A stretch of DNA of 64,000 nt from the IMG/VR virus record IMGVR_UViG_3300042268_000564; one strand, given 5' to 3'. Shown one piece after another: positions 1 to 10,341 of the stretch (positions are counted from its first letter, which is position 1; each line of letters opens with the position of its first letter). Source of the stretch: a virus (lineage: Duplodnaviria; Caudoviricetes). The notes beneath the pieces were generated by a model. That model did no database searches, had not been told where the DNA came from, and was given only the letters and a program-made list of their open reading frames with translations. Position numbers and translations under genes: made by a program.

Positions 1-15
1 AAATTAAAAATCAAT

Positions 16-285
16 GTGCCATCTGATGCTGATAACGATTTGATTCACATGAGGGTTGAGTTGGACACAGAACCAACATTTGATAGTCCGAACAAGATTG
101 TCGCTGAAAGCCGTTTCTCTACGATTAACTGGACATATTTTGACGGAACGAATGAGATTCCTTATCCAGTAAGTGGCGTGCCACAGGGTGTCCCTAACAC
201 ATGGGTAGCGTATGATACTGGCGATGTTTTAATAGATGGCAAAAGATATTATTGTAGAGCGTCAGCATGGGATAATTGGCAATGA
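16..285 (+). CDS. C-terminal part of a virion/tail structural protein (probably begins upstream of the window)
   Basis: Open frame from window edge, beta-rich Ig/FN3-like composition (YYCRASAWD), overlaps next gene start. Confidence 0.5.
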   Translation: MPSDADNDLIHMRVELDTEPTFDSPNKIVAESRFSTINWTYFDGTNEIPYPVSGVPQGVPNTWVAYDTGDVLIDGKRYYCRASAWDNWQ

Positions 286-1223
286 TAAATAATCTTGGCT
301 ACGACAATTTATATGGGGGCATAACCTTAAAATGGTCTGTAGACAATCCTGCCAACTTTAACGGTGTAAGAGTATATTTGCAGGGTGATGATTTGACGCT
401 GCTCGCTACATTGTCGAGTTTTACAGAGGATTACACCTACTTGATTCCACAAGCGGACAGGGGAGTTGTTTTAAACTTTGTTGTAGCATTATTTGTGGTT
501 GATGATGTCGAGGCTGTTGAATACGAAGTAGCGACCATTCCTAACCCACCTGTTAATCTGTCTGGTGAATCAAAAGAAAATATGGCTATTTTGACATGGG
601 ACTCGCCACAGGGCAAGAATATTAAAGGATATCTTGTAAAACGAGATGGCGAAGAATTGGGTGTTGCAGCAGCGGGGAAATATACCGATATAGGGAATTT
701 TATAAAACCACCTTCCAGCGGAAACAGTTACACATACGACGTAGCTACAATTACCTATAATAATGAGCTTTCATCATTCCTTTCTGTTAATGTAACTATT
801 GTTATTTCCGAAAGAACAATTCAAGAGAGATTATCTAAATCAGTTACAGTTGCAAAAGTTGATAAATATCGTATTTGTTCTGTTGATGAAGATGGCTCTC
901 GTTCAAGATGGACTACATTCCGTAAGATTGATATGCCAAGTTTATTACCAGCGCATGAGATGCAATTCCGTATCCAAGCGATTACGACAACAGGGGCAAA
1001 GTCTTTGCCATTGGTGACAAAGTCGATAAAAGTAGATAGCAATTTTGAAGCAGGCGACTATCCGACATTTCGATTAAGGGTGATAGATGTAGATGGTTGC
1101 GAGTCCGATGCGATTGTAACGGTGGCTCAGGATTATCTCTGGCGACAAAAAGTATTGATTAACAGAAGTAATGATTTGTTAATTAATAAGTCCGATGAGA
1201 CTCTTGTCGGCAGGGAGTTGTAA
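276..1223 (+). CDS. Fibronectin type III / Ig-like domain virion protein
   Basis: FN3 signatures PNPPVNL, LTWDSP, GYLVKRDG, YTD, YTYDVATI. Confidence 0.65.
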   Translation: MAMINNLGYDNLYGGITLKWSVDNPANFNGVRVYLQGDDLTLLATLSSFTEDYTYLIPQADRGVVLNFVVALFVVDDVEAVEYEVATIPNPPVNLSGESKENMAILTWDSPQGKNIKGYLVKRDGEELGVAAAGKYTDIGNFIKPPSSGNSYTYDVATITYNNELSSFLSVNVTIVISERTIQERLSKSVTVAKVDKYRICSVDEDGSRSRWTTFRKIDMPSLLPAHEMQFRIQAITTTGAKSLPLVTKSIKVDSNFEAGDYPTFRLRVIDVDGCESDAIVTVAQDYLWRQKVLINRSNDLLINKSDETLVGREL

Positions 1224-1226
1224 GTT

Positions 1227-3719
1227 ATGGCATCGGTTTATCATGATGAACAAAAAACAATAGACGGAATTCATATTCCTTACGCTTATGAATTTGCAAG
1301 TGCTGTTGCCAGAGCAAATGCTGTAGGCTTGTCTGCGGCTGACACGGGGAAATTCGCTCGCCAGATGGATGATAATTCTATTTGGATGCTTTTGACTCAT
1401 TCTCCGATTTTATGGGCAAGAGTCAGTTTTGACCCTTTGCATGTTCATGATACACCGACTTTGGTGGCTGGTAGTGGGGTTGAGATAGAGAATGACATTG
1501 CGAACAATCAAATAATAATCAAAAACATAATGCAAGCTATAACAACGCTTCAGAGTGGAAGCGAAAGCTTGGTTGTGCCGAGTTCGGGGATTTTGAATCT
1601 TTTGGGCACCAATATAGGTGTAGAATTATTGTTTGATGCACAGACAGAGACAGCAACGGTTAGCCTGACATTGTTGGAACATGCTTCTACGCATGGTATC
1701 GGTGGCAGTGATGAAATAGCAGGCTTGCTCACTAATGAACAAATAATGAAGCTTGATAATTTGCCTGAAGGCGCAGATGCCAATCAGAATGCTTTTTCTG
1801 TGATGGCGTTTAACGGACAGTCGATTCAGGCAAAAAATACAACAGATACGGTAGACTTTGCTATTGTTGGGGCTAATGTAGTTGCAGATAACACGACAAA
1901 TACAGTTACATTGGAAATCCCCGCTGTTTCGGGGGAGACAGGTCTTATTAACCATGCTGCAACACATCTTACAGGCGGTAGCGACCCAATTTCATTGGCG
2001 TCGAGTACTGCGGCGGGGCTTATGTCCGCTGCGTATGCTCAGAAACTTATAGGGATTGCCACCGGGGCACAAGTGAATGTTGTAGAGTCGATACTTGGCT
2101 CTGGTCATATTTCTGCAACTCAAGTCGGCAAACAAGTTACAATTAGTAGCAGCTTGCAACAAAGTGTAGCTTTGGCGGCAGGTTCTACGGGAGAGACATT
2201 GGTCAGCCCTTTAACTTCCGGCAGTAATTTATATTTTAAGCGATTAGTTCAGGGTGATGGAATTGTATTGAGTGCTGATAACGAAAAGATTACAATCAGC
2301 ACGTCATTCCAAGCGAGCGAGACATTGGCACCTCACGCTTCTCTGCATCAAACTGGCGGCACAGATGCGATTCCTGTTGCCAGAGGCGCCGCTGACCCTG
2401 CGGGTGCGCTTGATGGGCTAATGGCATCAACAGATAAAGACGCTATTGAGAGTTTGGGTGATTCATTGGTTTTGCATAGAACTGCTGATGAACATGAACA
2501 ATACATACACAATATGTCGCCAAGGCAGGTGAGCGCTAGACATACATATACGGATGGTGCATTATTTCAAACGTCTACGGGGAGTAATACGCCTGTAGAA
2601 ATTAATCTTGGCGGCACATCGGACGCTGTTGGCGCAATAGTCGTTAGGTCGACAAATGCTGCGTCTCGTGGTGATGGTGTAATACGTTGGGGGATTTATG
2701 CTGAACATGCTAGTTATGGTGCAGTTGTTGGTGTAGTGCCAAAGGGAGTCAGTTATGCAGGCTTTCACGCGAGAGTGAATGATTTTAGCAATAATAATGC
2801 GAGCGGTTATCAGGCAGATATAGACAAAACATCGAATGCTGGTAATTTGTTTTACGGCGCATCGGCAGGTCTTGGCTCTTTGATTAAGGTGACTGGGACT
2901 AATGCTGGTGCAACCCATGCAGTTAATGTGGCTACGGCTGGTACGGGCAGTGCTGCTTATTTTACTCAAAATGGGACGGGTAGAGGTGTAACGTCTTATG
3001 TCGCAAATAATGGCGATTCAGCTTATTGGGCGCAAATAAATGCTGCGAATACTAATACAAATGCATGTTTATTTTATGGTGTTCAGTATGGACTTGGTGG
3101 CGGGGTGCGTTCAGTTATCTCTAATGCATCAAATGCAGCTACGGCTCTTTATGTAAGGCATAACGGGATAGATGCAAGTTGGCTTGCCGATTTAACTCAT
3201 TCTGGAACGGGGAATGGTGTTTACATTAATGTTGCATCAGGAAGGCAGGCTTTGAGAGTTGCGCAGGGTGACGTGAATATCGTTAGCGGGAATTGTTATG
3301 TTGGCGGGACTCTTTCTAAGGCAGCAGGCACATTTTTGATTGACCATCCAGTTGACCCATATAATAAAGTTCTGAGGCATTCATTTGTTGAATCACCTGA
3401 CATGAAAAATATTTATGATGGCACGATTAAATTGGATGAATATGGAACAGCAACTATTTATCTGCCCGAGTATTTCAGTGCCTTAAATTCTGATTACAGA
3501 TGTCAATTAACGCCATTATGCGAGGCTATGCCCAATCTTTATGCTGGGAAGGTAAATAAAGATTACAATACGTTCTCGATTCTCGGCGGGGAGCCTAATG
3601 GCGAAGTAAGTTGGCAGATTACGGGGATTCGCAAAGATAAGTTTGCTTTGGCAAATCCTGTGGTTGTAGAAGAAGCGAAAGAGAAGCCGGGGTATCTGCA
3701 TCCAGAGCTGTTTGAATGA
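1227..3719 (+). CDS. Tail fibre / tail spike-like protein
   Basis: Three HAxxHxxGG[ST]DxI repeats, Gly/Asn/Ala-rich beta-helix-like middle, C-terminal FxIDHPxDPxNKxLxHSFVESP module common at ends of phage fibre proteins. Confidence 0.7.
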   Translation: MASVYHDEQKTIDGIHIPYAYEFASAVARANAVGLSAADTGKFARQMDDNSIWMLLTHSPILWARVSFDPLHVHDTPTLVAGSGVEIENDIANNQIIIKNIMQAITTLQSGSESLVVPSSGILNLLGTNIGVELLFDAQTETATVSLTLLEHASTHGIGGSDEIAGLLTNEQIMKLDNLPEGADANQNAFSVMAFNGQSIQAKNTTDTVDFAIVGANVVADNTTNTVTLEIPAVSGETGLINHAATHLTGGSDPISLASSTAAGLMSAAYAQKLIGIATGAQVNVVESILGSGHISATQVGKQVTISSSLQQSVALAAGSTGETLVSPLTSGSNLYFKRLVQGDGIVLSADNEKITISTSFQASETLAPHASLHQTGGTDAIPVARGAADPAGALDGLMASTDKDAIESLGDSLVLHRTADEHEQYIHNMSPRQVSARHTYTDGALFQTSTGSNTPVEINLGGTSDAVGAIVVRSTNAASRGDGVIRWGIYAEHASYGAVVGVVPKGVSYAGFHARVNDFSNNNASGYQADIDKTSNAGNLFYGASAGLGSLIKVTGTNAGATHAVNVATAGTGSAAYFTQNGTGRGVTSYVANNGDSAYWAQINAANTNTNACLFYGVQYGLGGGVRSVISNASNAATALYVRHNGIDASWLADLTHSGTGNGVYINVASGRQALRVAQGDVNIVSGNCYVGGTLSKAAGTFLIDHPVDPYNKVLRHSFVESPDMKNIYDGTIKLDEYGTATIYLPEYFSALNSDYRCQLTPLCEAMPNLYAGKVNKDYNTFSILGGEPNGEVSWQITGIRKDKFALANPVVVEEAKEKPGYLHPELFE

Positions 3720-3943
3720 GGTATTTGATGTTTTTAAAGTGTAAAATCGGTGGGCTTGAATTGCAAATCGGACAAGATGAGCAAGAGACGGTAATGCGAA
3801 GGTGCTCAAACTGTTTTTATGAAGGGTGGACGTGCGAACATCCAAAAGCGGGGGAATGTCAGACAGCCATGCTTTATGGCGGGGAATTTAAACACTTCAA
3901 GGCAAAAGAAAAAGGGGCAGTAAGAGATGCTTGTTTCGTATAA
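3716..3943 (+). CDS. Small Cys-rich hypothetical protein
   Basis: CxxC...C...C, ATGA overlap with upstream gene; true start may be the internal ATG. Confidence 0.5.
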   Translation: MRYLMFLKCKIGGLELQIGQDEQETVMRRCSNCFYEGWTCEHPKAGECQTAMLYGGEFKHFKAKEKGAVRDACFV

Positions 3944-6900
3944 CACAAATCAAAAGAAATTCAGAAAAGTATATTTTTTAAGCGGAAATCCTACGACAGG
4001 AAGCCGTGTGGTTCTTGACCCAAAAGATTTTTCTGAAATGCAGGATATTTGGCTCGAACAGCTTGATAATTTTGTTAAGGCAATTCGAGGTGTCGATAGT
4101 GGCGTTGTTGACGGTTGTGAAGTTGTAGTTCAGGCAAAATCGACGGGTGGTTTTGAGATTGTTGTAGCCCCCGGCAAGTTCTATGTGAATAGTACAATGG
4201 TGCAGCTTGTTCAGGCTCATGCAATAGATATTCCAATTCCATCATGGTCAGGTAATAAAGTTTTTTATTTTATTGCAAAACCTGTAATAAAGACGTTCAT
4301 CCCTACAGTAATTGGTGAACCCGGATTTTCCACATTGGCAGGACGACCTACCAGCAATAGGGCTGAGATAGCATTTGAACTTGAATTGGTTGATACATTG
4401 CCTGAAGATTGGCATGTTATATTTTGTGCTGTAAGAATTGGTGAAACTCTTGCCACGATTGATGACATTGAGATTCTTTACGATGACCGCAATGAATTAA
4501 TGGAAATGAAAGACATTCAAGAAGCTGCCGTTTATGCCAAGGCTCTTATTGATGAGCATCTTACGTTTTATTTTGACAAGCAGATTGTAGCTGAGAGTGA
4601 TGGCGTAACAACATCTTTTGAATTGAAATATCCAGTAATGGCAGGTTCAGAAGTAAAGGTTTTCGCTGATGACATAGAGATAACAAATTTCACCATTGAA
4701 ACCGTTGGCGATTGGCTTAATAATGAAAAACCAGTTTCGACGCTTACTTTGTCTGCGCCAGTGCAGGATAGTTTGATTATTAAAGCAAGTTATTTCCCTG
4801 ACCATCATGTTCAATATCTTTCAAGATTTAGATTTAGCGAGCATATAGGTGCAGAGTCAATTGACCACGATAATCGTTATTACACTGAAGCCGAGATTGA
4901 TGCATGGCGTATAACTCATAATCAAGATGTTGATGCGCATCCGACTCATGTTTTGTGGACTGATTTTAATGCTTGGGTTGAACAGCATACGTCGTCCACT
5001 ACGACTGACCATGACAATGCTTATACAAGAATCGGGCATGGACATACAATTGACGATGTAAATAATTTGCGTGGCGAGCTTGTTATGTTGTCTCAACAGA
5101 TAGGTTACGGTAGCGATGATTACTACATTGTTACTCAGCAGATAACAGAAAATGTGGACGGCGTAAATACATTATTCACCGTTTCAAATAGTTTGATTGA
5201 TTCTGGTGTAGGCTATGTAAAATCTGTAAGAGCGGATATCACAAACGATGCAGTTAAAAATCCTGCCGTATTAAAAGTGATTGATGCAACCGAAGAGTTT
5301 GAGACACCGTCGGTGGGTGCTTTTTCGGAGCCAAAGCTTTTAAGTCAGAGAAATTTGAATGGGAATCCATCAGCTTGTGTTCAATTGGATGATGAAGTGT
5401 GGGCTGTGTGGTCGGCAAAAGAAACAGAAGATATTTCCAGAATTTGGTTCGCTTCTTACAAGCAGGGTGATGGCTATTTTTCACCTGCCACGTCTACGGG
5501 CTTGCCGTGCAATCCTGACTCCAGAGTTTCGGCTACTGTAGTTTATTCTGTGAATCCTACAATAAATCAACGGATTGTAATTGTTTGGAATTACAATGAC
5601 CAGCTTTATTATTCTCATATTGATAAAGGACAGACGGAATGGATTAATGCGGTGCCATTGCCTAATACTTCCGGGGCAAGTGATGCCGCAGTATGTTGGG
5701 TTAATGATGGGGTAACAGCGTCTGGAAGGCTGCATGTTCTTTATACAAAAGAAGCTGGCACGGGTAAGATGGCGATTTACAAAAAGATGTATGAGATAGA
5801 CCTTCTTGAGGTTGATGACGAGGTTAATGTAACGTTTGGTGATATAAATGAGGTGCATCCTGTTATTGTGCAGGATACGAGCACGAGTAAGCGAGTTTGG
5901 TATGGTTGGATAGCCAGAGAAGAAAATGTTGGCGGAGATTATGATAATTCTTGCACTTTGAAATATAAAATTGTAGACAAGTATTCTCCAACAGTTTATC
6001 AGCCAGTTTCGGTGTTGGGTGGGATTTCTGATTTGAATATTGCCAGCGGGCTTTCTTTTTCACCTCAGCCATCTGGGATGTGGGTTCAATTTTCAGTGTT
6101 TGAGAGTGGTCAATTTAACATTTATTATCAGGAGTTTGATTTCGCAGGCTCAATAATAAATCCTAGAATTTATCTTGAAAAAGGGACACAAGTCTCGGCT
6201 GTGGTAAGCAGTGATAATGTTGTGTGGTCGATTTATCAGTATTTATCGTCGATTTATTATAGAGCGAGAGAAAATGGAGCAGGCGAAGTCAAGTGGAATA
6301 TTGCCACAAAAGAGCTTGAGTTTGAAAATGCACCTGTATCTATTCCCATTTTTGTGGACATTGCTGTTCCATTGCAGAGTCTTAATAAGCGTGTTTCTCG
6401 TTTGGAGAGTGATGTTGCTGATACAGAGGAATTGGTTGCGCAAAGAATTCGAGACGTAATTGAGTCTATGGGGCTGAATATTCCTCAAGAACGTATGAAT
6501 ATGATGCGTGAGAAGATGATTGTGGAAGCAAATACAGACATTGATTCAAGACGAATAGCTCTTAATTACGACAAGGTGATTTATAATAAATTTTTCGATG
6601 CTACGAGCGGTTTGCCAGATGGGATTAATTCTGTGGTGCTGAAGAATGGAAGTCCTGTATTATTTATAGAGTCGGGCTTAGTTCACGATTCTATGGGTAA
6701 AATTATTAATCCGACAGGACAGATTATGAAAATTTACACCAAAATTTATGATGTGGATTTCCTTTGTGATGGACATCTTAGAGTCGAAGCAAATGGTGAT
6801 ATTGAATGTTTGGCTTTCAGAATTACTTCTAAATTGACTAATACACCGAGTGACCCTGCCATTGATTGGTGGAATATTGCAGATGCGCAGCTATCACAAG

Positions 6901-7022
6901 ATTTAAACTTGTCAGGAGATGCGAATTTTGTGACTAATCATAATTACGGTGTTGAAATAGAAATATTGCCCGGTGGTTGGATATATGATTGGGCTATTTT
7001 CATGAACGGAAGTGCAATTTAA
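3927..7022 (+). CDS. Large virion structural protein (baseplate/tail-fibre-like, beta-propeller-like middle)
   Basis: 1031 aa; HDNRYYTEAEID and HGHTIDDVNNL fibre-type motifs, repeated VW/IVW/LY blades, coiled coil near C-terminus. Confidence 0.6.
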   Translation: MLVSYNTNQKKFRKVYFLSGNPTTGSRVVLDPKDFSEMQDIWLEQLDNFVKAIRGVDSGVVDGCEVVVQAKSTGGFEIVVAPGKFYVNSTMVQLVQAHAIDIPIPSWSGNKVFYFIAKPVIKTFIPTVIGEPGFSTLAGRPTSNRAEIAFELELVDTLPEDWHVIFCAVRIGETLATIDDIEILYDDRNELMEMKDIQEAAVYAKALIDEHLTFYFDKQIVAESDGVTTSFELKYPVMAGSEVKVFADDIEITNFTIETVGDWLNNEKPVSTLTLSAPVQDSLIIKASYFPDHHVQYLSRFRFSEHIGAESIDHDNRYYTEAEIDAWRITHNQDVDAHPTHVLWTDFNAWVEQHTSSTTTDHDNAYTRIGHGHTIDDVNNLRGELVMLSQQIGYGSDDYYIVTQQITENVDGVNTLFTVSNSLIDSGVGYVKSVRADITNDAVKNPAVLKVIDATEEFETPSVGAFSEPKLLSQRNLNGNPSACVQLDDEVWAVWSAKETEDISRIWFASYKQGDGYFSPATSTGLPCNPDSRVSATVVYSVNPTINQRIVIVWNYNDQLYYSHIDKGQTEWINAVPLPNTSGASDAAVCWVNDGVTASGRLHVLYTKEAGTGKMAIYKKMYEIDLLEVDDEVNVTFGDINEVHPVIVQDTSTSKRVWYGWIAREENVGGDYDNSCTLKYKIVDKYSPTVYQPVSVLGGISDLNIASGLSFSPQPSGMWVQFSVFESGQFNIYYQEFDFAGSIINPRIYLEKGTQVSAVVSSDNVVWSIYQYLSSIYYRARENGAGEVKWNIATKELEFENAPVSIPIFVDIAVPLQSLNKRVSRLESDVADTEELVAQRIRDVIESMGLNIPQERMNMMREKMIVEANTDIDSRRIALNYDKVIYNKFFDATSGLPDGINSVVLKNGSPVLFIESGLVHDSMGKIINPTGQIMKIYTKIYDVDFLCDGHLRVEANGDIECLAFRITSKLTNTPSDPAIDWWNIADAQLSQDLNLSGDANFVTNHNYGVEIEILPGGWIYDWAIFMNGSAI

Positions 7023-7837
7023 TGACTATTTTCAAACATAATTCAGACATAATTTGCCTAACAAAGAAAAAAAGCAGCGTTAAAGCTACTGCGACAGAAG
7101 GATTTAAGCCTGTTGGTCAAATTATAGAGCGTGGTGAATGGGCTGGAATTCCTATTGTAAAAGAGAAGCCTGATGTTGGGCACCATAATCCTATAACAGT
7201 GCAAGATGTAATTAACTCTCTGAACTACTTTGGCATGTCAAAAGATGACATTCAGGGGTTACAAGTTATTATTATTTCTGGCAGAAGCCCTTATACTGAT
7301 GAATTGGGTGCATCTTGGGCATTTGGTGCCTATCAAGTATTATGGGAACAGCAGGCTGTCAGAGATAAAAAGACCAAGAAGATAAAGCGCACAAACACTC
7401 CTAAAGAGAATCGTTTAATTTTGTGGGCACAGAAAATGGATTTGATTCAATTTAATCTTGGTGGTGAAATGCGTCAGGGTTATTACTACAGGATTCAACC
7501 TACTATGGGTGGGCAGCAGGTTGATAGATACATAAGTGTCAAAGCTTTGCGCAGAGAAGTTCTTGGCGACACAGTGTTGCATGAAATAGGGCACCACGTA
7601 GATATTTGGCATTATGGTCGGTTTATTAAGACTGAGAAAGACAGGGCAAAGGCAGAAACATTTGCTGAGAAATATTCCGCAGCAATGTCAAAGGGCAAGA
7701 TTGACAATTCAGCTTTTGAGGATATTATAAATGGGACATATGAAAGTAGTGGACAAATTCCATCTCAGTTGCCTACAGAAACGCCAGAACCTGAGCAGGT
7801 GGAGGTAGCAGAAAATGAAAATGCGGGACAAGGATGA
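7022..7837 (+). CDS. Zincin-like metallopeptidase domain protein
   Basis: TVLHEIGHH motif with downstream E (AETFA); ATG at 7022 overlaps upstream TAA. Confidence 0.6.
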   Translation: MTIFKHNSDIICLTKKKSSVKATATEGFKPVGQIIERGEWAGIPIVKEKPDVGHHNPITVQDVINSLNYFGMSKDDIQGLQVIIISGRSPYTDELGASWAFGAYQVLWEQQAVRDKKTKKIKRTNTPKENRLILWAQKMDLIQFNLGGEMRQGYYYRIQPTMGGQQVDRYISVKALRREVLGDTVLHEIGHHVDIWHYGRFIKTEKDRAKAETFAEKYSAAMSKGKIDNSAFEDIINGTYESSGQIPSQLPTETPEPEQVEVAENENAGQG

Positions 7838-7979
7838 CCTTGTGGGCAATTCGGTTACATGCCCTTTTTGTGATGAAAATACACCCATGAAAATGGGGAG
7901 AGATTCTAAGATAGAGTGCGAACATTGTAAACGAAAATTTGATGCTAATAACGTAGAAAGGGAAGTAATCTTTTTATGA
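7815..7979 (+). CDS. 54-aa zinc-ribbon protein (below ORF-track cutoff)
   Basis: MKMRDKDDLVGNSVTCPFCDENTPMKMGRDSKIECEHCKRKFDANNVEREVIFL; GGAGG at 7801-7805; TGA overlaps ATG of next gene. Confidence 0.7.
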   Translation: MKMRDKDDLVGNSVTCPFCDENTPMKMGRDSKIECEHCKRKFDANNVEREVIFL

Positions 7980-8332
7980 CAGGCAAGAAATTAAAATTAG
8001 ACCCAAGGATTTTTAAAAATCAGTCGAGTCAAACAGCCCGGAGCGCAGGAATCCCTGTAAAGACCAAGCTTGTTTTCTATAAACAGGAAGGGAAAAGAAC
8101 TGAAAAATTTGCTGAAGCAGGTTGGGACGTGGAAAAGAATGAATGGCAATTTTCTGGTGATGATGCAAATTTGATTGATTGGTTGAAGGGTGTATTTGCG
8201 CAGCCAATTATTGGTAAAGCTGCGGCTACTCGACCAAATATGACGTTGCAGCCTGATTCAATGGCATTTGTATACCACCTGAAAGATGTAATCATGCCTC
8301 GCAAAAAAATTATAATGAAAATTGAGAATTAA
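7976..8332 (+). CDS. Hypothetical protein
   Basis: ORF in operon context, ATGA coupling. Confidence 0.6.
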   Translation: MTGKKLKLDPRIFKNQSSQTARSAGIPVKTKLVFYKQEGKRTEKFAEAGWDVEKNEWQFSGDDANLIDWLKGVFAQPIIGKAAATRPNMTLQPDSMAFVYHLKDVIMPRKKIIMKIEN

Positions 8333-8335
8333 TAC

Positions 8336-9679
8336 ATGGCAAGGTTAAGTGGTCCAAAAGCACACGGGAGAGCCAGCGGCTTAGGCAATAAATCTTCTAA
8401 GCTGATTGGAACCCGTGAGGATGAATCTGGAAATGTCCAGACAGCTTTGTCGTCTGTTAGAGATGCTTTAAAAGAAAAAACTATTGCGGCGAAAGAAAAA
8501 GCTGTAAAGGGTCTTGTGCAGGATTTCCTTAAGCAGAATGGCATGAAGCATGTTGATGTGCAGGTCAAGCTTGATGTCGATGCAAAAAAAGCTGAGAACT
8601 ATATTTCATCATTATTAACCACTTTGTCAGAGCAAAAAGATTCTCTTTTTAAAGAAGGGCTTACTTCGATTAACATTGTTACGGGTGATATTGCTAAGAA
8701 TGAAATGGCAAATAATACTGAATTTAGCAAGCGGTTAGAATATCAAGAGACAGACAATGGGACTACTGCCGCCGAGGTTGTGACATCGCTCAACTTTGAC
8801 CCTAACAAAAGATATCCGCATGACATGCATCTGAATGTGTATATCCCAAATGAGGAATCGAAAGCCCTGCCGAATCTTACAGGCGTGATGGCTCATGAGC
8901 TTACACATTTGATGGAGCGTAAGTGGGCTGACTCTTTGATGAATGATTATGTAATGGTGAAAACTGGAAGTCGAATGATGAACCTTGATATTAATGACCC
9001 TGCCAATTCTAATCCACCAAGGTTTTTATTCTTAAAAACCGCTGTAGATGTCGACACTAGAGCTATTTTAAAGCTTTTGCAGGACAAGAGTAAGAACGAC
9101 CCTGATTTTAAAAAGCAGATGGAATTTGTAAAAGAATGGGAAAAGAAGTCTGCTTTTTCAATACAGACAGTAAAAATTATGGGTGGCGATGGCGACCCTG
9201 AAAGTGGAAAGAATAAACCTGTCGAGGCTAAGGACTGGGTGTTTTCTGCTGATAAAATTCCAATAAAACAAAAGGGTATGGAAGCTCGTGAAGTGATTCG
9301 GGCTGCATTTTCATTAAACGAGCCGAGCAGAGGATATGTATTAAATGACGCTGAAAAGAAAGCTATTGTTGGGGCATCTGTTTCGCCATCAGAAGAATTG
9401 GCTGAGGCTGTTCGAGTAGCGAGAGACCCACAATTTCCACAGCATATGGAGCGGTTGGCAAAAGAGAACCCTGATGCAAAAGCTTATCTTGAAGGGCTTC
9501 TTTCTGTTGTAGCGAAGTATGATGATGTAATCAAGGGCAGATTGCAAACAGTTTCTAAAGACCCATCTGCCTTAATTTATTCGACTGCCAAGCCTAAAAG
9601 AAATCGTGCGGTTTCTGAAGAACTTAAAGATGAAAGTGTTAAAAAACGAGTTAAGCGTAAGAATGTAATTCCAATTTAA
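8336..9679 (+). CDS. HExxH zincin-like protein with basic Gly-rich N-terminus
   Basis: MAHELTHL motif, downstream SEELAE; followed by terminator. Confidence 0.55.
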   Translation: MARLSGPKAHGRASGLGNKSSKLIGTREDESGNVQTALSSVRDALKEKTIAAKEKAVKGLVQDFLKQNGMKHVDVQVKLDVDAKKAENYISSLLTTLSEQKDSLFKEGLTSINIVTGDIAKNEMANNTEFSKRLEYQETDNGTTAAEVVTSLNFDPNKRYPHDMHLNVYIPNEESKALPNLTGVMAHELTHLMERKWADSLMNDYVMVKTGSRMMNLDINDPANSNPPRFLFLKTAVDVDTRAILKLLQDKSKNDPDFKKQMEFVKEWEKKSAFSIQTVKIMGGDGDPESGKNKPVEAKDWVFSADKIPIKQKGMEAREVIRAAFSLNEPSRGYVLNDAEKKAIVGASVSPSEELAEAVRVARDPQFPQHMERLAKENPDAKAYLEGLLSVVAKYDDVIKGRLQTVSKDPSALIYSTAKPKRNRAVSEELKDESVKKRVKRKNVIPI

Positions 9680-9696
9680 TTCTGCTAATAAAGAGC

Positions 9697-9728
9697 GTGC
9701 TGGTAATATAAAGTTACCAGCATTTTTT
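9697..9728 (+). terminator. Intrinsic terminator ending the tail module
   Basis: GCTGGTAA-tataaag-TTACCAGC stem followed by T-run. Confidence 0.7.
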
Positions 9729-9747
9729 GTTTTTAGGAGATAAAATC

Positions 9748-10341
9748 GTGGCTGTTTTTACCAAACTGAACGTTGATATGCCAGAGCATGTCGCATATTA
9801 TACGCAAAAAACAATTCCCGTAGATATTACTGAGGATGAGATTGACGAATGGCTTGCTGCCCTGCCTGACGTGTTGGACTTTTGGGAAACTCAGGTAGCA
9901 GAAAAACGGCTTGCTTACGAGATGCAAGATATGGAAGCAAAACAGATAGCTGCTATTTGTTATAACGACACGGAATCATCTCTCTCTGTTAAGAATAGAG
10001 AGAATATTGCAGCTTGTGACCCACGCTTATTAGAAGCCACAAAAAAAGCTGCGAAATTTCAATACGAAGTGAATCTTGCCAAAGCAAAAATGGCACAGAT
10101 GGAAGCAAAACTCAAATCTGTACATAAAATTGCAACCCTGAGAGTCCGAAGATTAGAGCAGGGTGTAACATCGCCTACCGTCACATCTAAAACTTTGACG
10201 AGGAATGATAGGGGACGTTCTGAGCGAATAGTATGGGACAAGCCTGAAGAGCGCAAGGCTAAGGTTGACAGCGTGATTAATGATGAAGTGCGGAAGGAAA
10301 TTAATCAGGATATTTATGCAGAAGATAGAGAGGTCTGGTAA
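9748..10341 (+). CDS. Helical protein, possible UvsY-like recombination mediator
   Basis: GTG start after AGGAG; coiled-coil with ENIAACDPRL pattern reminiscent of UvsY; heads the replication operon. Confidence 0.4.
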   Translation: MAVFTKLNVDMPEHVAYYTQKTIPVDITEDEIDEWLAALPDVLDFWETQVAEKRLAYEMQDMEAKQIAAICYNDTESSLSVKNRENIAACDPRLLEATKKAAKFQYEVNLAKAKMAQMEAKLKSVHKIATLRVRRLEQGVTSPTVTSKTLTRNDRGRSERIVWDKPEERKAKVDSVINDEVRKEINQDIYAEDREVW

